Shown here piece after piece: positions 17,830 to 27,910 of a stretch of 64,000 nt of DNA. The stretch is from a virus. The stretch is from the UHGV virus genome UHGV-0209088; one strand, written 5' to 3'. The notes beneath the pieces are model-generated. The model was not told the origin of the DNA and made no database searches. It saw only the letters and a program-made list of their open reading frames with translations. Each line of letters begins with the position of its first letter. Position 1 is the first letter of the stretch. Made by a program: the position numbers and the translations under genes.

Positions 17830-17891
17830 CCGCGGACCCTTTTCGATAACCTAATCAATAGTGGGGCGCAGACCTACAGATAAAGCTGCGC

Positions 17892-19586
17892 TTGTATATG
17901 ACTTTTGCTCTCCGAGATTATCAGGAAACAGCTGTAGTTGACGTGCGTATGGCGTTTCGTCTGTACCGGCTCATTCTATTGGTGCTGAGTACCGGTGCGG
18001 GCAAAACGGTAATTTTCAGCTACATCGCCCGCAGTTCGGCATCCAAAGGAAAGCGCGTTCTCATCCTCGCGCACCGGGACCAGCTCATTAAGCAGGCCAG
18101 CCGTAAACTCAACGACTACGGCGCGCGTCACGGCATCATTATGGCGGGATATACGCCTGACCACGCCGCCAAAATACAGGTCGCTTCCGTCCAGACGCTG
18201 GTACGCCGCCTCGACAAAATCCGCTTTGAACCAGATCTCATCGTCATTGATGAAGCGCACCTCTCCGCCGCGGTATCCTACCGCAAGATCCTTGAGCGCT
18301 TCCCAAAGGCGAAGGTGCTGGGCGTCACCGGTTCCCCGTGCCGTCTGGACAACAAGCCGCTGGGCAGGGATCACGGCGGCATCTACGAATACATGGTCAC
18401 CGGCATTTCCATCCGCCAGCTCATCGAGCGCGGCTTTCTGGTGCGCCCGGTGGTCTACGCCCCTGCTGAGCAGATCGACCTGTCCGGCATCAAAAAGAGC
18501 ATGGGCGACTACAACACTGAGGAACTGGCCGCGGTGGTCGATAAGCCGAAACTCATCGGTGACGCCGCAGACCAGTATCAGAAAATCTGTCCCGGCAAGC
18601 CTGCCGTCGCCTGGTGCGTCACCGTCCAGCACGCGCAGCACGTAGCCGATGAATTCAACGCCCGCGGCATTACGGCGGTGATGCTCTGCGGCGAGCACGA
18701 TGGTGCCTACCGCGATGATACCCTGCGTAAGCTGGCAACCGGCGAGGTTAAGGTCGTCACGTTCGTAGGCATTCTGGTCGAAGGCGTGGACGTGCCGGAA
18801 ATCGCCGCGATCCTGCTGCTGCGCCCTACCATGTCCCTAGCGTCCTACCTTCAGGTCATCGGACGCGGCCTGCGCCCGGCAGAGGGGAAGGATTGCTGCT
18901 ACGTCCTCGACCATGCCGGGCTGTCATTCAAGCACGGGCTGGCCGACGAGGAACGCGAGTGGTCCCTCGACTGGGGCGAGAAGAAGAAAAAGGGAAAGGC
19001 CAAGGTCAAAGAGGCCACCGTCGATGTCATCCAGTGCCAGAAGTGCTACGCCGTGTTCTCCCCAGACGCTGGCAAGCTGGCGGCCACCAAGCGGACGATG
19101 GCCGACCCTGCGTTCAAGGGTGAATGCTGCTGCCCGAACTGCGGCGAGGAAGTGAAGCGCAAAGGGCGCAAACTGGACCAGCAGGAAGGCGAGCTGCAGG
19201 AAATCACCCCGGAAATGGCTGAGCGCATGCGTAAGCAGAAGAAGCGCGAGGTGAACAGCGCCCGCACGCTGGAAGACCTGCTCCGCATCGCTGCACAGCG
19301 CGGCTACTCATCCGGCTGGGCACATCAGGTTCACGCGTCCCGCACGCGTAAGCTGGAGAAAGAGCAGGCCGCGATCCTGGCTTCTCGTATTGAGAAGATG
19401 ATCACCGTCTTTGAGCGGGTAGGCGTCACGGTAGAGATGCTGGAAGGCTACCTGAATCACGATGTCAAACTGGCGGATGAGAAAGAGCTCGAAACGCTCA
19501 CCACCGTCTACAACAAGATCAAGACCGGCACGCCGGTATCCGAGTTCTTCACCACTGAAGGTGAAGACGACAAACCAGTATTTTAA
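17892..19586 (+). CDS. SF2 DEAD/DEAH-box DNA helicase with a C-terminal zinc ribbon
   Basis: Motif I LSTGAGKT, motif II VIDEAH, CQKC...CPNC zinc ribbon. Confidence 0.7.
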   Translation: MYMTFALRDYQETAVVDVRMAFRLYRLILLVLSTGAGKTVIFSYIARSSASKGKRVLILAHRDQLIKQASRKLNDYGARHGIIMAGYTPDHAAKIQVASVQTLVRRLDKIRFEPDLIVIDEAHLSAAVSYRKILERFPKAKVLGVTGSPCRLDNKPLGRDHGGIYEYMVTGISIRQLIERGFLVRPVVYAPAEQIDLSGIKKSMGDYNTEELAAVVDKPKLIGDAADQYQKICPGKPAVAWCVTVQHAQHVADEFNARGITAVMLCGEHDGAYRDDTLRKLATGEVKVVTFVGILVEGVDVPEIAAILLLRPTMSLASYLQVIGRGLRPAEGKDCCYVLDHAGLSFKHGLADEEREWSLDWGEKKKKGKAKVKEATVDVIQCQKCYAVFSPDAGKLAATKRTMADPAFKGECCCPNCGEEVKRKGRKLDQQEGELQEITPEMAERMRKQKKREVNSARTLEDLLRIAAQRGYSSGWAHQVHASRTRKLEKEQAAILASRIEKMITVFERVGVTVEMLEGYLNHDVKLADEKELETLTTVYNKIKTGTPVSEFFTTEGEDDKPVF

Positions 19587-19607
19587 CGCCCGAAGGAGGG
19601 TAGCCGC

Positions 19608-20081
19608 ATGGCAAACGATATGAATCAGTGCAACTTCACCGGACGACTGGGCAAAGACCCTGATATCCGACAGGCCGCAAACAGCAAGGTTGCGAACTTC
19701 TCCATCGCGGTAGGCGAGCAGTGGAAGGATCGCCAGACTGGCGAGAAGAAGGAGAAAACGACCTGGGTCAACGTGGTTATCTGGGGAGCGCTGGCAGATA
19801 CCGTCGAGCGCTTCATGGTCAAAGGCACGTTCATCCGCGTGTCGGGTAAGCTGCAGACCCGTCAGTACGAGCAGGACGGCCAGACGCGCTACGCCACGGA
19901 GCTGTTAGCAAACGATCTTCAAATCCTCGGTGGATGGAAGGGTGAGCAGAACGGCGGCGGTTCTGGTGGTTCTGGCAGTGGTCGAACAGGAAGCAGCGGC
20001 GGCGGTCAGCAGCAGCAACAGCGTCCACAGCAGCAGGGCAACCAGCCGCCGATGGACTTTGATGATGACGTGCCATTCTAA
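19608..20081 (+). CDS. ssb: single-stranded DNA-binding protein
   Basis: OB-fold N-terminus (FTGRLGKDPDIR...VVIWGALAD), Gly/Gln-rich linker, C-terminal acidic tip DFDDDVPF. Confidence 0.85.
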   Translation: MANDMNQCNFTGRLGKDPDIRQAANSKVANFSIAVGEQWKDRQTGEKKEKTTWVNVVIWGALADTVERFMVKGTFIRVSGKLQTRQYEQDGQTRYATELLANDLQILGGWKGEQNGGGSGGSGSGRTGSSGGGQQQQQRPQQQGNQPPMDFDDDVPF

Positions 20082-20090
20082 GGAGCACGA

Positions 20091-20447
20091 ATGAAAAGCA
20101 TCGAAGGCATTATCTTCTACATCGCCGGTCCTGTGACCGGCATCGAGGACTGCAACCGTCCTATGTTCGATCAGGCTGAAGGCTGGCTGGCGGAGCAGGG
20201 CGCTATCGCTCTCAATCCGACCGTTCTGCCGGAGGGGCTGCGTTCTCACCAGTCATACATGAATATCTGCATCCCGATGCTGCGCGAGGCGGACGCTGTC
20301 CTGATGCTGCCGGGCTGGCATAAGAGCGCCGGAGCGAAGATGGAATACGACGAGGCCCGTCGTCTGGGTATGCCCATCTTCAGCTTCACCCCGATCCAGG
20401 ATGCATACGCCAGCCTGATGACGGAGGGCGCTGCTAATGGCCACTGA
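20091..20447 (+). CDS. DUF4406-family protein (nucleoside 2-deoxyribosyltransferase-like fold)
   Basis: IFYIAGPVTG...NP...MLPGWHKSAGAKMEYDEARRLGMPI pattern. Confidence 0.45.
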   Translation: MKSIEGIIFYIAGPVTGIEDCNRPMFDQAEGWLAEQGAIALNPTVLPEGLRSHQSYMNICIPMLREADAVLMLPGWHKSAGAKMEYDEARRLGMPIFSFTPIQDAYASLMTEGAANGH

Positions 20448-20898
20448 ATCCACGGTTCAACGTAAAATCTGGCTCGGCCTCGGCGCGATCAGCCGCCTGT
20501 TCCGCCTGAACACCGGACGCGCATGGCTGTCGAATCTCGGCCCGGCCGGCGTGCAGAAGCTGGCAGACGGCGCGGTGCTGATTAAGTCCGCACGCTCCAT
20601 CGCTATCGGGTTCGCGGCACCGTCCGGTGACCCGGTAGAGGGTGCCAGCGACCTCAACGGCTGGACGACGGTCGAGGTAACGCCAGAGATGGTGGGCAAG
20701 CGGGTCGCGATCTATACCGCCATCGAGACAAAGGCCACGAAAGGCGGTCGCAAGCGGGAAGGGCAGATCAATTTCTGCGAACAGGTAGATGCCGCTGGCG
20801 GAATTGCTGGTTTCGCGAACTCGGAAGAGTCAGCCCGTGGTATAGTTGAGAACTGGCTCAAACGTTTCGGCGCAAAAAAGATTAACGCTGGCTACTAA
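20437..20898 (+). CDS. VRR-NUC-like nuclease domain protein
   Basis: AIETKATKGGRKREGQINFCEQV resembles the E.K...Q VRR-NUC core; 153 aa. Confidence 0.4.
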   Translation: MATESTVQRKIWLGLGAISRLFRLNTGRAWLSNLGPAGVQKLADGAVLIKSARSIAIGFAAPSGDPVEGASDLNGWTTVEVTPEMVGKRVAIYTAIETKATKGGRKREGQINFCEQVDAAGGIAGFANSEESARGIVENWLKRFGAKKINAGY

Positions 20899-21102
20899 AG
20901 CGACGCTATACTTCACGCTCCATCCCAAAATTTACCGGGTTAAAGGCTGCGCACGCGGCACCGATGACCCATGATGATTTCGGGCTAGGACACGGGTAGC
21001 TCCCATGTCCGAAAGGCGGTTCCTGCCTCCGCTTGCCCAACTTTTTTATTCGGCAGAAGGCAAAAGGTAGAATGAGTATGCATAACAGGATCTCAAACTG
21101 GG

Positions 21103-23904
21103 GTGATTATGAACAATGACCTCAGCAAAAAACTCAGCCTTTCAGAAACTATAGAGCAGTTCCGCGATGCCATGAGAGATCAGGGCATCGAAACGAAGAG
21201 CCATATCGAAGCTGACGGAAAACTTCATCGCTTCCACGTTGATGGCGATGCTAAAGGATCGCTCAACGGGTTCTACTGCCTGCATTTTGATGAGAAGCCA
21301 GCTGGCATCTTCGGGTGCAATAAGCGCTATGGCTTCGACAAAAAATTCCAGTGGCAGTCCAACCAGAAAACGCAGGAGTGGACACCGGAAGAGCGCGCGG
21401 CGTACAAGGCCCGCGTTGCGAAGGAGCGCGCCGAGAAGGACGCAGCTGAGAAAGCGCGTCATGAGGCTGCCGCCGCCGCTGCCAATGCCCTCTGGGAAGC
21501 GTCATCCGAAGCCTCGGACGATCACCCCTACCTGAAAGCCAAAGGCGTGAAGGCTCACGGCCTGCGCGTCGGTAAGTGGGAGAAGGTCAACAAGGATACC
21601 GGCGAGGTTCGCCTTATCAGCGATAACGCGCTGCTGGTGCCCATCTGCGACCGCACGCGCAAAATCCACTCACTGCAGGCTATCTTCCCGGCCAAATTGA
21701 AGGCCATGGGAGACCGCAACAAGGATTACCAGGCTGACGGTGCCAAGCGCGGCCTGTTCCACACCATCGGCAAACCGCTGATGCACGACGGCAAGCCCGT
21801 TTTCGTGCTCTGTGAGGGGTATGCCACCGGCGCGTCTATCCACGAGTGTACCGGGCACCTGGTGCTGGTCTGCTTCGACGCGGGCAACCTCCCGGTGGTG
21901 GCACAGGCCATCCACGATCGCATGAAGGCGTCGGGGAAAGAGGCTGTCATCATCCTGGCGGCAGATAACGACCGCTGGACCACGCAGCCAGTCGAGAACC
22001 CGGGCGTCTACCACGCGAAGAACGCCGCGAAGGCGGTCAACGGCCTGCTGGTAGTCCCTGATTTCGAGACCCTTGACGGGAACCCGACCGACTTTAACGA
22101 TCTGCACCTGCGGCAGGGTGCGGCGGCCGTTGCCAAGGCGTTTGATGAGACGCTGAACCCTCCGGCGCCGACAGAGGAAGATCTGCCGTGGGATGACACA
22201 CCGACCACACCGGAGCCGCCTCAACCGTCGCAGGATAAGCCACAGGATGACGAGTTCGAAGACGAGCTGGTGAAGAACACCTATTTCACCATTCTCGGCT
22301 ACGACGGCCCGACCTATTTCCTGTTCCAGCACGAGAAGCGTCAGGTGATGGACATCACCAAAAGCGATCTGTCCGATACCGGCCTGATTGAGCTCGCCCC
22401 CATCAACTGGTGGGAAGAGCATTTCCCGGGCGAGAAGGGTGGTATCGACAAAAAGGCCGCGGCAAACTGGCTGTTCCGTCAGGCCAACGCCCGCGGCATC
22501 TATGACCCAAGCAGGATCCGCGGACGCGGGGCCTGGAAGGACAAGGACCGCTATGTGTTCCACCATGGCGACCGCCTGACGGTTGACGGTGTGCCGACCG
22601 ATATAACCCGAATAGCCTCCGCCTATGTTTACCCGATGGCCCGGCGCATGCCGGAACCGGCAGAGAAGATGCTGACGGCTGAGGAAGGGCGGCACCTGCT
22701 GGAAGTCTCCAAGATGATCCGCTGGAGCATGCCTGCCTCTGCCCCGCTTTTCGCTGGCTGGGTTATGCTGGCTCCAATCTGCGGCGCGCTGAAATGGCGT
22801 CCGCACATCTGGCTGACCGGTCCTGCCGGTTCCGGTAAATCGACCATCCAGCGCGATTTTGCATGCGCGCTGACAGCCGGAGTGAACGTCTACGCTCAGG
22901 GTAACTCGACCGAAGCCGGTATCCGCCAGAAGCTGAAGGCTGACGCTATGCCTGTCCTGATGGATGAGGCCGAGTCGAACGATGATAAGGAGCGCGCGAA
23001 GATGGAGCAGATCCTCGCCATGATCCGGCAGTCATCGAGCGAGTCGCAGGCCCAGACGCTGAAGGGCACCATCTCCGGCAGCAGCATGAACTTTTCCATC
23101 CGTTCAATGTTCTGCCTGGCGTCGGTGAACACCAATCTGGACAAGAAGGCCGACGTGGACCGTCTGACCAAGCTGGTGATCCGGTCTCCTGACCCTCTGA
23201 ACGGCGCCGACCACTGGGACAAGCTGGGTGACGAGCTGCATAAGATCTCGACTGATGAGACCATCGCGAGCCGTATGCTGGCCCGGGCGTTGGTGATGCT
23301 CCCTACGATCCTGAAGAACGTTGATGTGTTCACCCGGGCAGCGGCCAGATTTTTCGGCAGCCAGCGCGAGGGCGACCAGTTCGGCACCATGATGGCGGGT
23401 GCCTGGTCTCTCTGCAGTGATGAGGTAGCGACCGATGAGCAGGCCGACAAAATGATGACCAGATACGACTGGGGCGAGCACACGGAAGACAACGAGCAGG
23501 ACGACGCAGAACGAGCCCTGGAAGCCGTCCTCGGTGCCAAGATCAGAATGGGCACCGCTGGTGATCTGACGGTCTACGAGCTGGTGAGAGAGAGCCTGAC
23601 GGCCTACAAGGAAATGGATAGCGTGACCGCAAAAGAGGCTGATGCAGCTCTGCGGCGCCATGGGATCCGCGTGGACCTGAAAACCGACGCGCTCCTGTTC
23701 GGAACGAGCGTTTCCAACCTGAAGAAGCTGGTGGAGAGAACCAGCTTTGTTACTGACCTGCGTGGTCAATTGCTGCGCCTGCCGGATGCTCACCGCAACG
23801 AGGACAAGGCGCTCTGGTTCAATGGTCACAAGTCCAAGTGCGTGGCGATTAAGCTCAGCCCGCTGCTGAAGGATGATTCAGGGCCGGAAGAGCTACCCAT
23901 CTGA
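21103..23904 (+). CDS. replicative primase-helicase (TOPRIM primase fused to a D5/P4-alpha-like ATPase)
   Basis: TOPRIM block VFVLCEGYATGASIHE...LAADNDRW; Walker A LTGPAGSGKST and Walker B VLMDEAES; 933 aa. Confidence 0.7.
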   Translation: MIMNNDLSKKLSLSETIEQFRDAMRDQGIETKSHIEADGKLHRFHVDGDAKGSLNGFYCLHFDEKPAGIFGCNKRYGFDKKFQWQSNQKTQEWTPEERAAYKARVAKERAEKDAAEKARHEAAAAAANALWEASSEASDDHPYLKAKGVKAHGLRVGKWEKVNKDTGEVRLISDNALLVPICDRTRKIHSLQAIFPAKLKAMGDRNKDYQADGAKRGLFHTIGKPLMHDGKPVFVLCEGYATGASIHECTGHLVLVCFDAGNLPVVAQAIHDRMKASGKEAVIILAADNDRWTTQPVENPGVYHAKNAAKAVNGLLVVPDFETLDGNPTDFNDLHLRQGAAAVAKAFDETLNPPAPTEEDLPWDDTPTTPEPPQPSQDKPQDDEFEDELVKNTYFTILGYDGPTYFLFQHEKRQVMDITKSDLSDTGLIELAPINWWEEHFPGEKGGIDKKAAANWLFRQANARGIYDPSRIRGRGAWKDKDRYVFHHGDRLTVDGVPTDITRIASAYVYPMARRMPEPAEKMLTAEEGRHLLEVSKMIRWSMPASAPLFAGWVMLAPICGALKWRPHIWLTGPAGSGKSTIQRDFACALTAGVNVYAQGNSTEAGIRQKLKADAMPVLMDEAESNDDKERAKMEQILAMIRQSSSESQAQTLKGTISGSSMNFSIRSMFCLASVNTNLDKKADVDRLTKLVIRSPDPLNGADHWDKLGDELHKISTDETIASRMLARALVMLPTILKNVDVFTRAAARFFGSQREGDQFGTMMAGAWSLCSDEVATDEQADKMMTRYDWGEHTEDNEQDDAERALEAVLGAKIRMGTAGDLTVYELVRESLTAYKEMDSVTAKEADAALRRHGIRVDLKTDALLFGTSVSNLKKLVERTSFVTDLRGQLLRLPDAHRNEDKALWFNGHKSKCVAIKLSPLLKDDSGPEELPI

Positions 23905-23924
23905 TGGCGGGACGCAGACAAAAG

Positions 23925-23955
23925 AAAGCCGGGCATTGCCCGGCTCTTTTATTTC
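23925..23955 (+). terminator. rho-independent terminator
   Basis: AGCCGGGCA-TT-GCCCGGCT hairpin then CTTTTATTT, 20 nt after the primase stop. Confidence 0.6.
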
Positions 23956-24179
23956 CCGTTCCAGGTCAGCCAGAGGGCCAAACCGATAACGAATATGGTT
24001 GCAACCAGCGCCCCATCGATCACGTATCCCCCTGTTTGTCTTTGCGAGTGGTCCACATGATGTGCGTATCGCGGCAAACGTCAGGGAAGATAGCTATCGT
24101 GTTTCGGTGCTGGATAAGGCACTGGTGAACCCCGGTTTTCGCGTAAATTTGTCTGGCTTTGGCAATGGCCAGCTCGATG

Positions 24180-24566
24180 TTATTCATGATTACCTCTGAT
24201 TGACGTATAGCCCTTCCCCATGTACCGCGGCGTCATCACGGTAGTGACAACGTGACTGCCGGTCTTCGGGTCAGGAACGACCACAAAATAGCAGGTCTCG
24301 TAGAACAGCACGTACCCGCCGCGCTCCTGAGCGACGCGGATGACCCGCTTTATGCCGGCGCGCTTCGCACGCTCCAGGCAGGCCAGAACGGCATTATGCA
24401 GCATCGGCAGGATGTCCGCTGCCGGGCGATCGCAGCGCTCAACGAAGCGGTCAATCGCGTGCAGCGATATGGTGTAGTGCCTGAAAAGGATTGACCCGCC
24501 CTGCATCATGACCGCCTCCGGCGCGCCATCAACGGGAATTCGTTTAAGCCGTCCCTGAGTCTCCAT
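24180..24566 (-). CDS. hypothetical protein
   Basis: Track ORF 24180..24641; start trimmed to the internal ATG to reduce overlap with the upstream gene. Confidence 0.3.
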   Translation of the reverse strand: METQGRLKRIPVDGAPEAVMMQGGSILFRHYTISLHAIDRFVERCDRPAADILPMLHNAVLACLERAKRAGIKRVIRVAQERGGYVLFYETCYFVVVPDPKTGSHVVTTVMTPRYMGKGYTSIRGNHE

Positions 24567-24783
24567 CCTCACCCCCTTTGAGTATGTCCAGGACCTCCAG
24601 AATGCTGCGGCTATTGCCCAGAACGTAAGAAGAGAAGCCACCAGATGACTTGATGGTCTGCTGCGCCTTCATGGCGTCTGCCGGAGAGCAAACGTTCGGC
24701 ACGCTGGCGTTGATGAGCGTCCTGTTAAACGAGAGCTGCTGCTCGAGCAGTTCGGTCAGCTTCGCTATGGTCGGGTCTTTCAC
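24544..24783 (-). CDS. hypothetical protein (79 aa)
   Basis: ORF in the leftward operon. Confidence 0.3.
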   Translation of the reverse strand: MKDPTIAKLTELLEQQLSFNRTLINASVPNVCSPADAMKAQQTIKSSGGFSSYVLGNSRSILEVLDILKGGEDGDSGTA

Positions 24784-25088
24784 ATAGTGTCCTTAGCCGC
24801 GGCGCGGCGGTTCGGTGCAATGCTGGTGGCTTTGGCGACAGAGAGGATCCTCCGCCAGTCTTTCTGACGCAGCTCTTCGATGATCTCTCGGGCAGTTCCG
24901 ATCCTGGTCAGGTGAATGCTGCCGGTAGTGCCGTTGATGCTGGCGCGGTAATGGCATCCCCCGCTTTTATAGCGTTGGTTGTACTCCATGAACACGGAGC
25001 CAGCCTCGCCGCTATCGACATTGTGCTTCACGTTCAGATTGCGGATGAAACGCAGGAGATCATTGCCGGTGACGCGTTTTGTTTTCAT
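24780..25088 (-). CDS. hypothetical protein (102 aa)
   Basis: ORF in the leftward operon; ATGA overlap with the downstream gene. Confidence 0.3.
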   Translation of the reverse strand: MKTKRVTGNDLLRFIRNLNVKHNVDSGEAGSVFMEYNQRYKSGGCHYRASINGTTGSIHLTRIGTAREIIEELRQKDWRRILSVAKATSIAPNRRAAAKDTM

Positions 25089-25127
25089 GGCGCTTAATCC
25101 AAAAAAGGGGCCGAAGCCCCTTTGAAA

Positions 25128-25460
25128 TCAACCGGCGTGGCGCGCTTTGTTGATGGCGCGACCTTTACGCTTCTTCGCTTCACGCTTGTGAATGGCGGCG
25201 TTCTTCGGTGCCGGGCTGCGGCGACCTTTGCCCTTGCCGGAACGCTCGCGACGGAGGCGTCCCTCGTCGGATTCAGCGATAGGAGCGGCAACAAATCGCG
25301 GCAAGCGGTGGGCGAAGAATGCGCCACTGAACAGGGTGAGAAACTTGCGAACGTTAGAAAACATAGAAACCTCGTTATTGATAAGTGAAACCACGGAAGC
25401 CGGTAATAATAACCTGCCAATTGCAGCCAGCCGGGCGGACCATCTTAGCAGCCCAACCAC
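25128..25460 (-). CDS. small, highly basic protein (start possibly at the internal Met, 25364)
   Basis: Lys/Arg-rich C-terminus RRERSGKGKGRRSPAPKNAAIHKREAKKRKGRAINKARHAG. Confidence 0.3.
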   Translation of the reverse strand: MVGLLRWSARLAAIGRLLLPASVVSLINNEVSMFSNVRKFLTLFSGAFFAHRLPRFVAAPIAESDEGRLRRERSGKGKGRRSPAPKNAAIHKREAKKRKGRAINKARHAG

Positions 25461-25581
25461 CCTTAATCAGTGAGAACAGATGCTTTTCTGCTGCTTTGAC
25501 ATCGGTATGATTATGAACAATTGGGAGTGTCATAGTTTTAGTCCGGTAGTTGCTTGACCTGGTTATTTAAATATAACATCG

Positions 25582-25599
25582 TTACTCAAATATGAGCAA
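25582..25599 (-). promoter_or_regulatory. palindrome TTACTCA-AATA-TGAGCAA
   Basis: On the minus strand this reads TTGCTC-N17-TTATAT, a sigma70-like promoter, immediately after the terminator. Confidence 0.45.
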
Positions 25600-25628
25600 G
25601 AAATAAATAACCCCGCATTAGCGGGGTT
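25598..25628 (-). terminator. rho-independent terminator (minus strand)
   Basis: CCCCGC-TAAT-GCGGGG hairpin followed by TTATTTATTT on the minus strand, just past the stop at 25633. Confidence 0.6.
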
Positions 25629-25632
25629 GGTG

Positions 25633-26469
25633 TCATTCGCCTTCTGGCTGATAAGCGATCAGAACTGGTTTCCCGCATCCCGGGCAGAACCGCATCCTGT
25701 TTTCGTTCGGTCCATCTTCGAAGAACAGCCAGGACGCTCCGCACTTCCCATTCCACGAGTGTTCCTGACCGTCGAATGACCATTCGCAGGTGGCGCCGCC
25801 GACACGCTCGACCAGCGCCGCGGCATCCTCTGCGATCTTCTCGGCACGCTGGAGAAGTTCGCTCTTCGGTTTTGAACCATCCTGAACTGCCGGAGAGTTG
25901 CCAGTCTGGAGCATGGCGGCACGGCAGGAGTCAGGGGGAGTGAAACCAATCACTTGGTCTCCCTCTTTCACCAGGCGCAGTAGCATAGCCAGGTTGTCAA
26001 TGATTTCAGATTCAACGTTCGACCACTCTTCGCGACCTTCGGTGTAGTGAATTACGGCCTTTATGACCTCGCCGCTTTCCTCTGCCACCTTGTTCAGCAC
26101 GTAGTTCGGCTGCGGAAACTTACGCATCGCTTTATCAGCTCTGATTCTTGCAGCAGCTACCAGCGATGCGAAGTAATCCGGCACTACCGGCGCTGGCTGC
26201 GGTGTGGTACGTCGAGCGTACCGAAACCCGGCGCGGAATGCGTCCGATAGCTGGCTGTGACCGTCAACCTTCAGCCGATGAAGCTGTAACGCAGCATTAA
26301 GCTCATCGTCGGTTACAGCCAATGGATCGCTGTCCATTGCGGCCAGCAGCTGGCGCATTCCTGAAATTGCAATATCAAGATAAACCGACTGCACGCCCCG
26401 ACTGATAAGCCCTTCCAGACCTTCAATCGCGTCCTCTGCCTGCTCTCTAGCTACATTGCTGATACCCAT
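25633..26469 (-). CDS. MazG-like all-alpha NTP pyrophosphohydrolase with a C-terminal zinc ribbon
   Basis: AEESGEVIKAV...VESEIIDNLAMLLRL (EExxE...D MazG motif); C-terminal CEW...CGASW...CPGCG; start set at the ATG with a GAGGTG Shine-Dalgarno. Confidence 0.5.
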   Translation of the reverse strand: MGISNVAREQAEDAIEGLEGLISRGVQSVYLDIAISGMRQLLAAMDSDPLAVTDDELNAALQLHRLKVDGHSQLSDAFRAGFRYARRTTPQPAPVVPDYFASLVAAARIRADKAMRKFPQPNYVLNKVAEESGEVIKAVIHYTEGREEWSNVESEIIDNLAMLLRLVKEGDQVIGFTPPDSCRAAMLQTGNSPAVQDGSKPKSELLQRAEKIAEDAAALVERVGGATCEWSFDGQEHSWNGKCGASWLFFEDGPNENRMRFCPGCGKPVLIAYQPEGE

Positions 26470-26476
26470 AAACACC

Positions 26477-26695
26477 TCACTGCAAAATTTTGAATTCAAC
26501 GAAATCAGCGTACTCGTGCGCCGACGCGTTCGTGCTGTACTTTTCGCGGAGGATCTTCTGCACGTTCCACCAGTGGAACCGGCTGCCGATGATGCCGTTC
26601 GCGACACGGACGCGATCCTTGCGGAGCCATTGGAACCGGTGGGCAACCTCTTCGGCTACCCAGTCGGCTGGCATTGGCGGTCTTGCTGCGGTCAT
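26477..26695 (-). CDS. hypothetical protein (72 aa)
   Basis: ORF; ATGA overlap with the upstream gene. Confidence 0.3.
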   Translation of the reverse strand: MTAARPPMPADWVAEEVAHRFQWLRKDRVRVANGIIGSRFHWWNVQKILREKYSTNASAHEYADFVEFKILQ

Positions 26696-27111
26696 TTCGC
26701 CAGCTCCTTCACAAGGAGTTCGACGGTAGAGACTGTATCAGCAATGAGGTCTGGCGCGTTATCATAGCGCCCGGAGGCCAGCATCCCATCCATGGCAGCC
26801 AGAAGCGCATGCTGGCGGAAGAGCTCAGGCGACATTGGCGCGATGCCTGTCATGCCCATGCTGGCGGAAACCGGGTAGCCGGACGCTTTCATCTGGTCGA
26901 TAGTTCGCTGGCGCAGGGCAGACTCGCGATACAGTTCTTCTTTTTCCGCGCGCAGACGCTCGTTCTCTTCGTGCAGGCCGATTTTGATAGCCAGCGTGTC
27001 TTCATTGAACTGAGCTGACTTTTCCAGCTCGTCGCACAGACGCTGCACCGTGTGCATGTTTGGGTAGGCACCACGGGCGGCAGCGATCAGGTTCTTGATA
27101 TCGTCTTTCAC
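26692..27111 (-). CDS. hypothetical coiled-coil protein
   Basis: GTG start preceded by the conserved GAGGAAAGGAT Shine-Dalgarno. Confidence 0.3.
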   Translation of the reverse strand: MKDDIKNLIAAARGAYPNMHTVQRLCDELEKSAQFNEDTLAIKIGLHEENERLRAEKEELYRESALRQRTIDQMKASGYPVSASMGMTGIAPMSPELFRQHALLAAMDGMLASGRYDNAPDLIADTVSTVELLVKELAK

Positions 27112-27154
27112 AATCCTTTCCTCGATGAGGCCAGCCCGGAGGCTGGCTAGGTGG

Positions 27155-27382
27155 TTAACGGTACTCGGTGGCGTCGACGCAGACGGCGTAGAACGTCTTA
27201 CCTTTGAAAATGTACGGAGAACTGTAAACGCCCGGAACACAGCCGTCGTCGCCAGGCATATCGCGCAGGGAGTAGACCTCCTTCAGCGCCACTTGCTTTT
27301 CAATGACAGCATCGGTGCGGCAACCGGACAGCAGCGTAGTCACCAGCAGCGCATATAGAGTGATAAGCAGGTTACTCTTCAT
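27155..27382 (-). CDS. small lipoprotein (75 aa)
   Basis: MKSNLLITLYALLVTTLLSGC gives a signal peptide plus lipobox; overlaps the upstream stop (ATGAAGAGTAA). Confidence 0.4.
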   Translation of the reverse strand: MKSNLLITLYALLVTTLLSGCRTDAVIEKQVALKEVYSLRDMPGDDGCVPGVYSSPYIFKGKTFYAVCVDATEYR

Positions 27383-27869
27383 ACGCGGCCTGCATTGCGT
27401 CGTAGAGGCCATCGTCGTCGGCGTTGTACATTTCCACCCAGTCGGCCCAGTTAGTGGCGACGGCCAGCCACTCTTTCCCGCGGTGCGCCATCTCAGGGAT
27501 CTTCCCGCCGAACTCCGGTACCGCCTCGATAAGGCGGATGCAGCGCCCGAGGTCGTCGGGGTCGTGGGGATAGGCCAGATGCGGCGGGTTCCGCCCCCAA
27601 AACAGCACCTGCTGGTCGTAGTCGGAGAGCGCCCATGCCATGTACTCGCTGCTGGCGCCCACATCGTCACTGTCCAGCCACGCCTTCAATCCCATGGCAG
27701 GCGCAGCCTTCACGATGGGCTTGGCGAACTCTTCCACGATGCTATTGGCGGCCGCGATAACGGCATTGAACAGACGCGGCTGGGCGGTCAGGCCCGGAAC
27801 CTGCCGGATGAGCTCGTCGCTGATGGCGGAAATCAGTTCGATCTGATTGAGTTGAATGCCTTCTTTCAC
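27372..27869 (-). CDS. hypothetical protein (165 aa)
   Basis: GTG start after the GAGGAAAGGAT Shine-Dalgarno; N-terminus VKEG parallels VKDD of the gene at 27111. Confidence 0.35.
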   Translation of the reverse strand: MKEGIQLNQIELISAISDELIRQVPGLTAQPRLFNAVIAAANSIVEEFAKPIVKAAPAMGLKAWLDSDDVGASSEYMAWALSDYDQQVLFWGRNPPHLAYPHDPDDLGRCIRLIEAVPEFGGKIPEMAHRGKEWLAVATNWADWVEMYNADDDGLYDAMQAAYEE

Positions 27870-27910
27870 AATCCTTTCCTCAGTAATGCGCCCCGAAGGG
27901 CGCACGTTGG

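Noticed and set aside
21670-22806. 378-aa minus-strand ORF
   Set aside because: Lies inside and antisense to the primase-helicase gene, which has clear TOPRIM and Walker motifs. Arg/Gly/Leu-rich composition.
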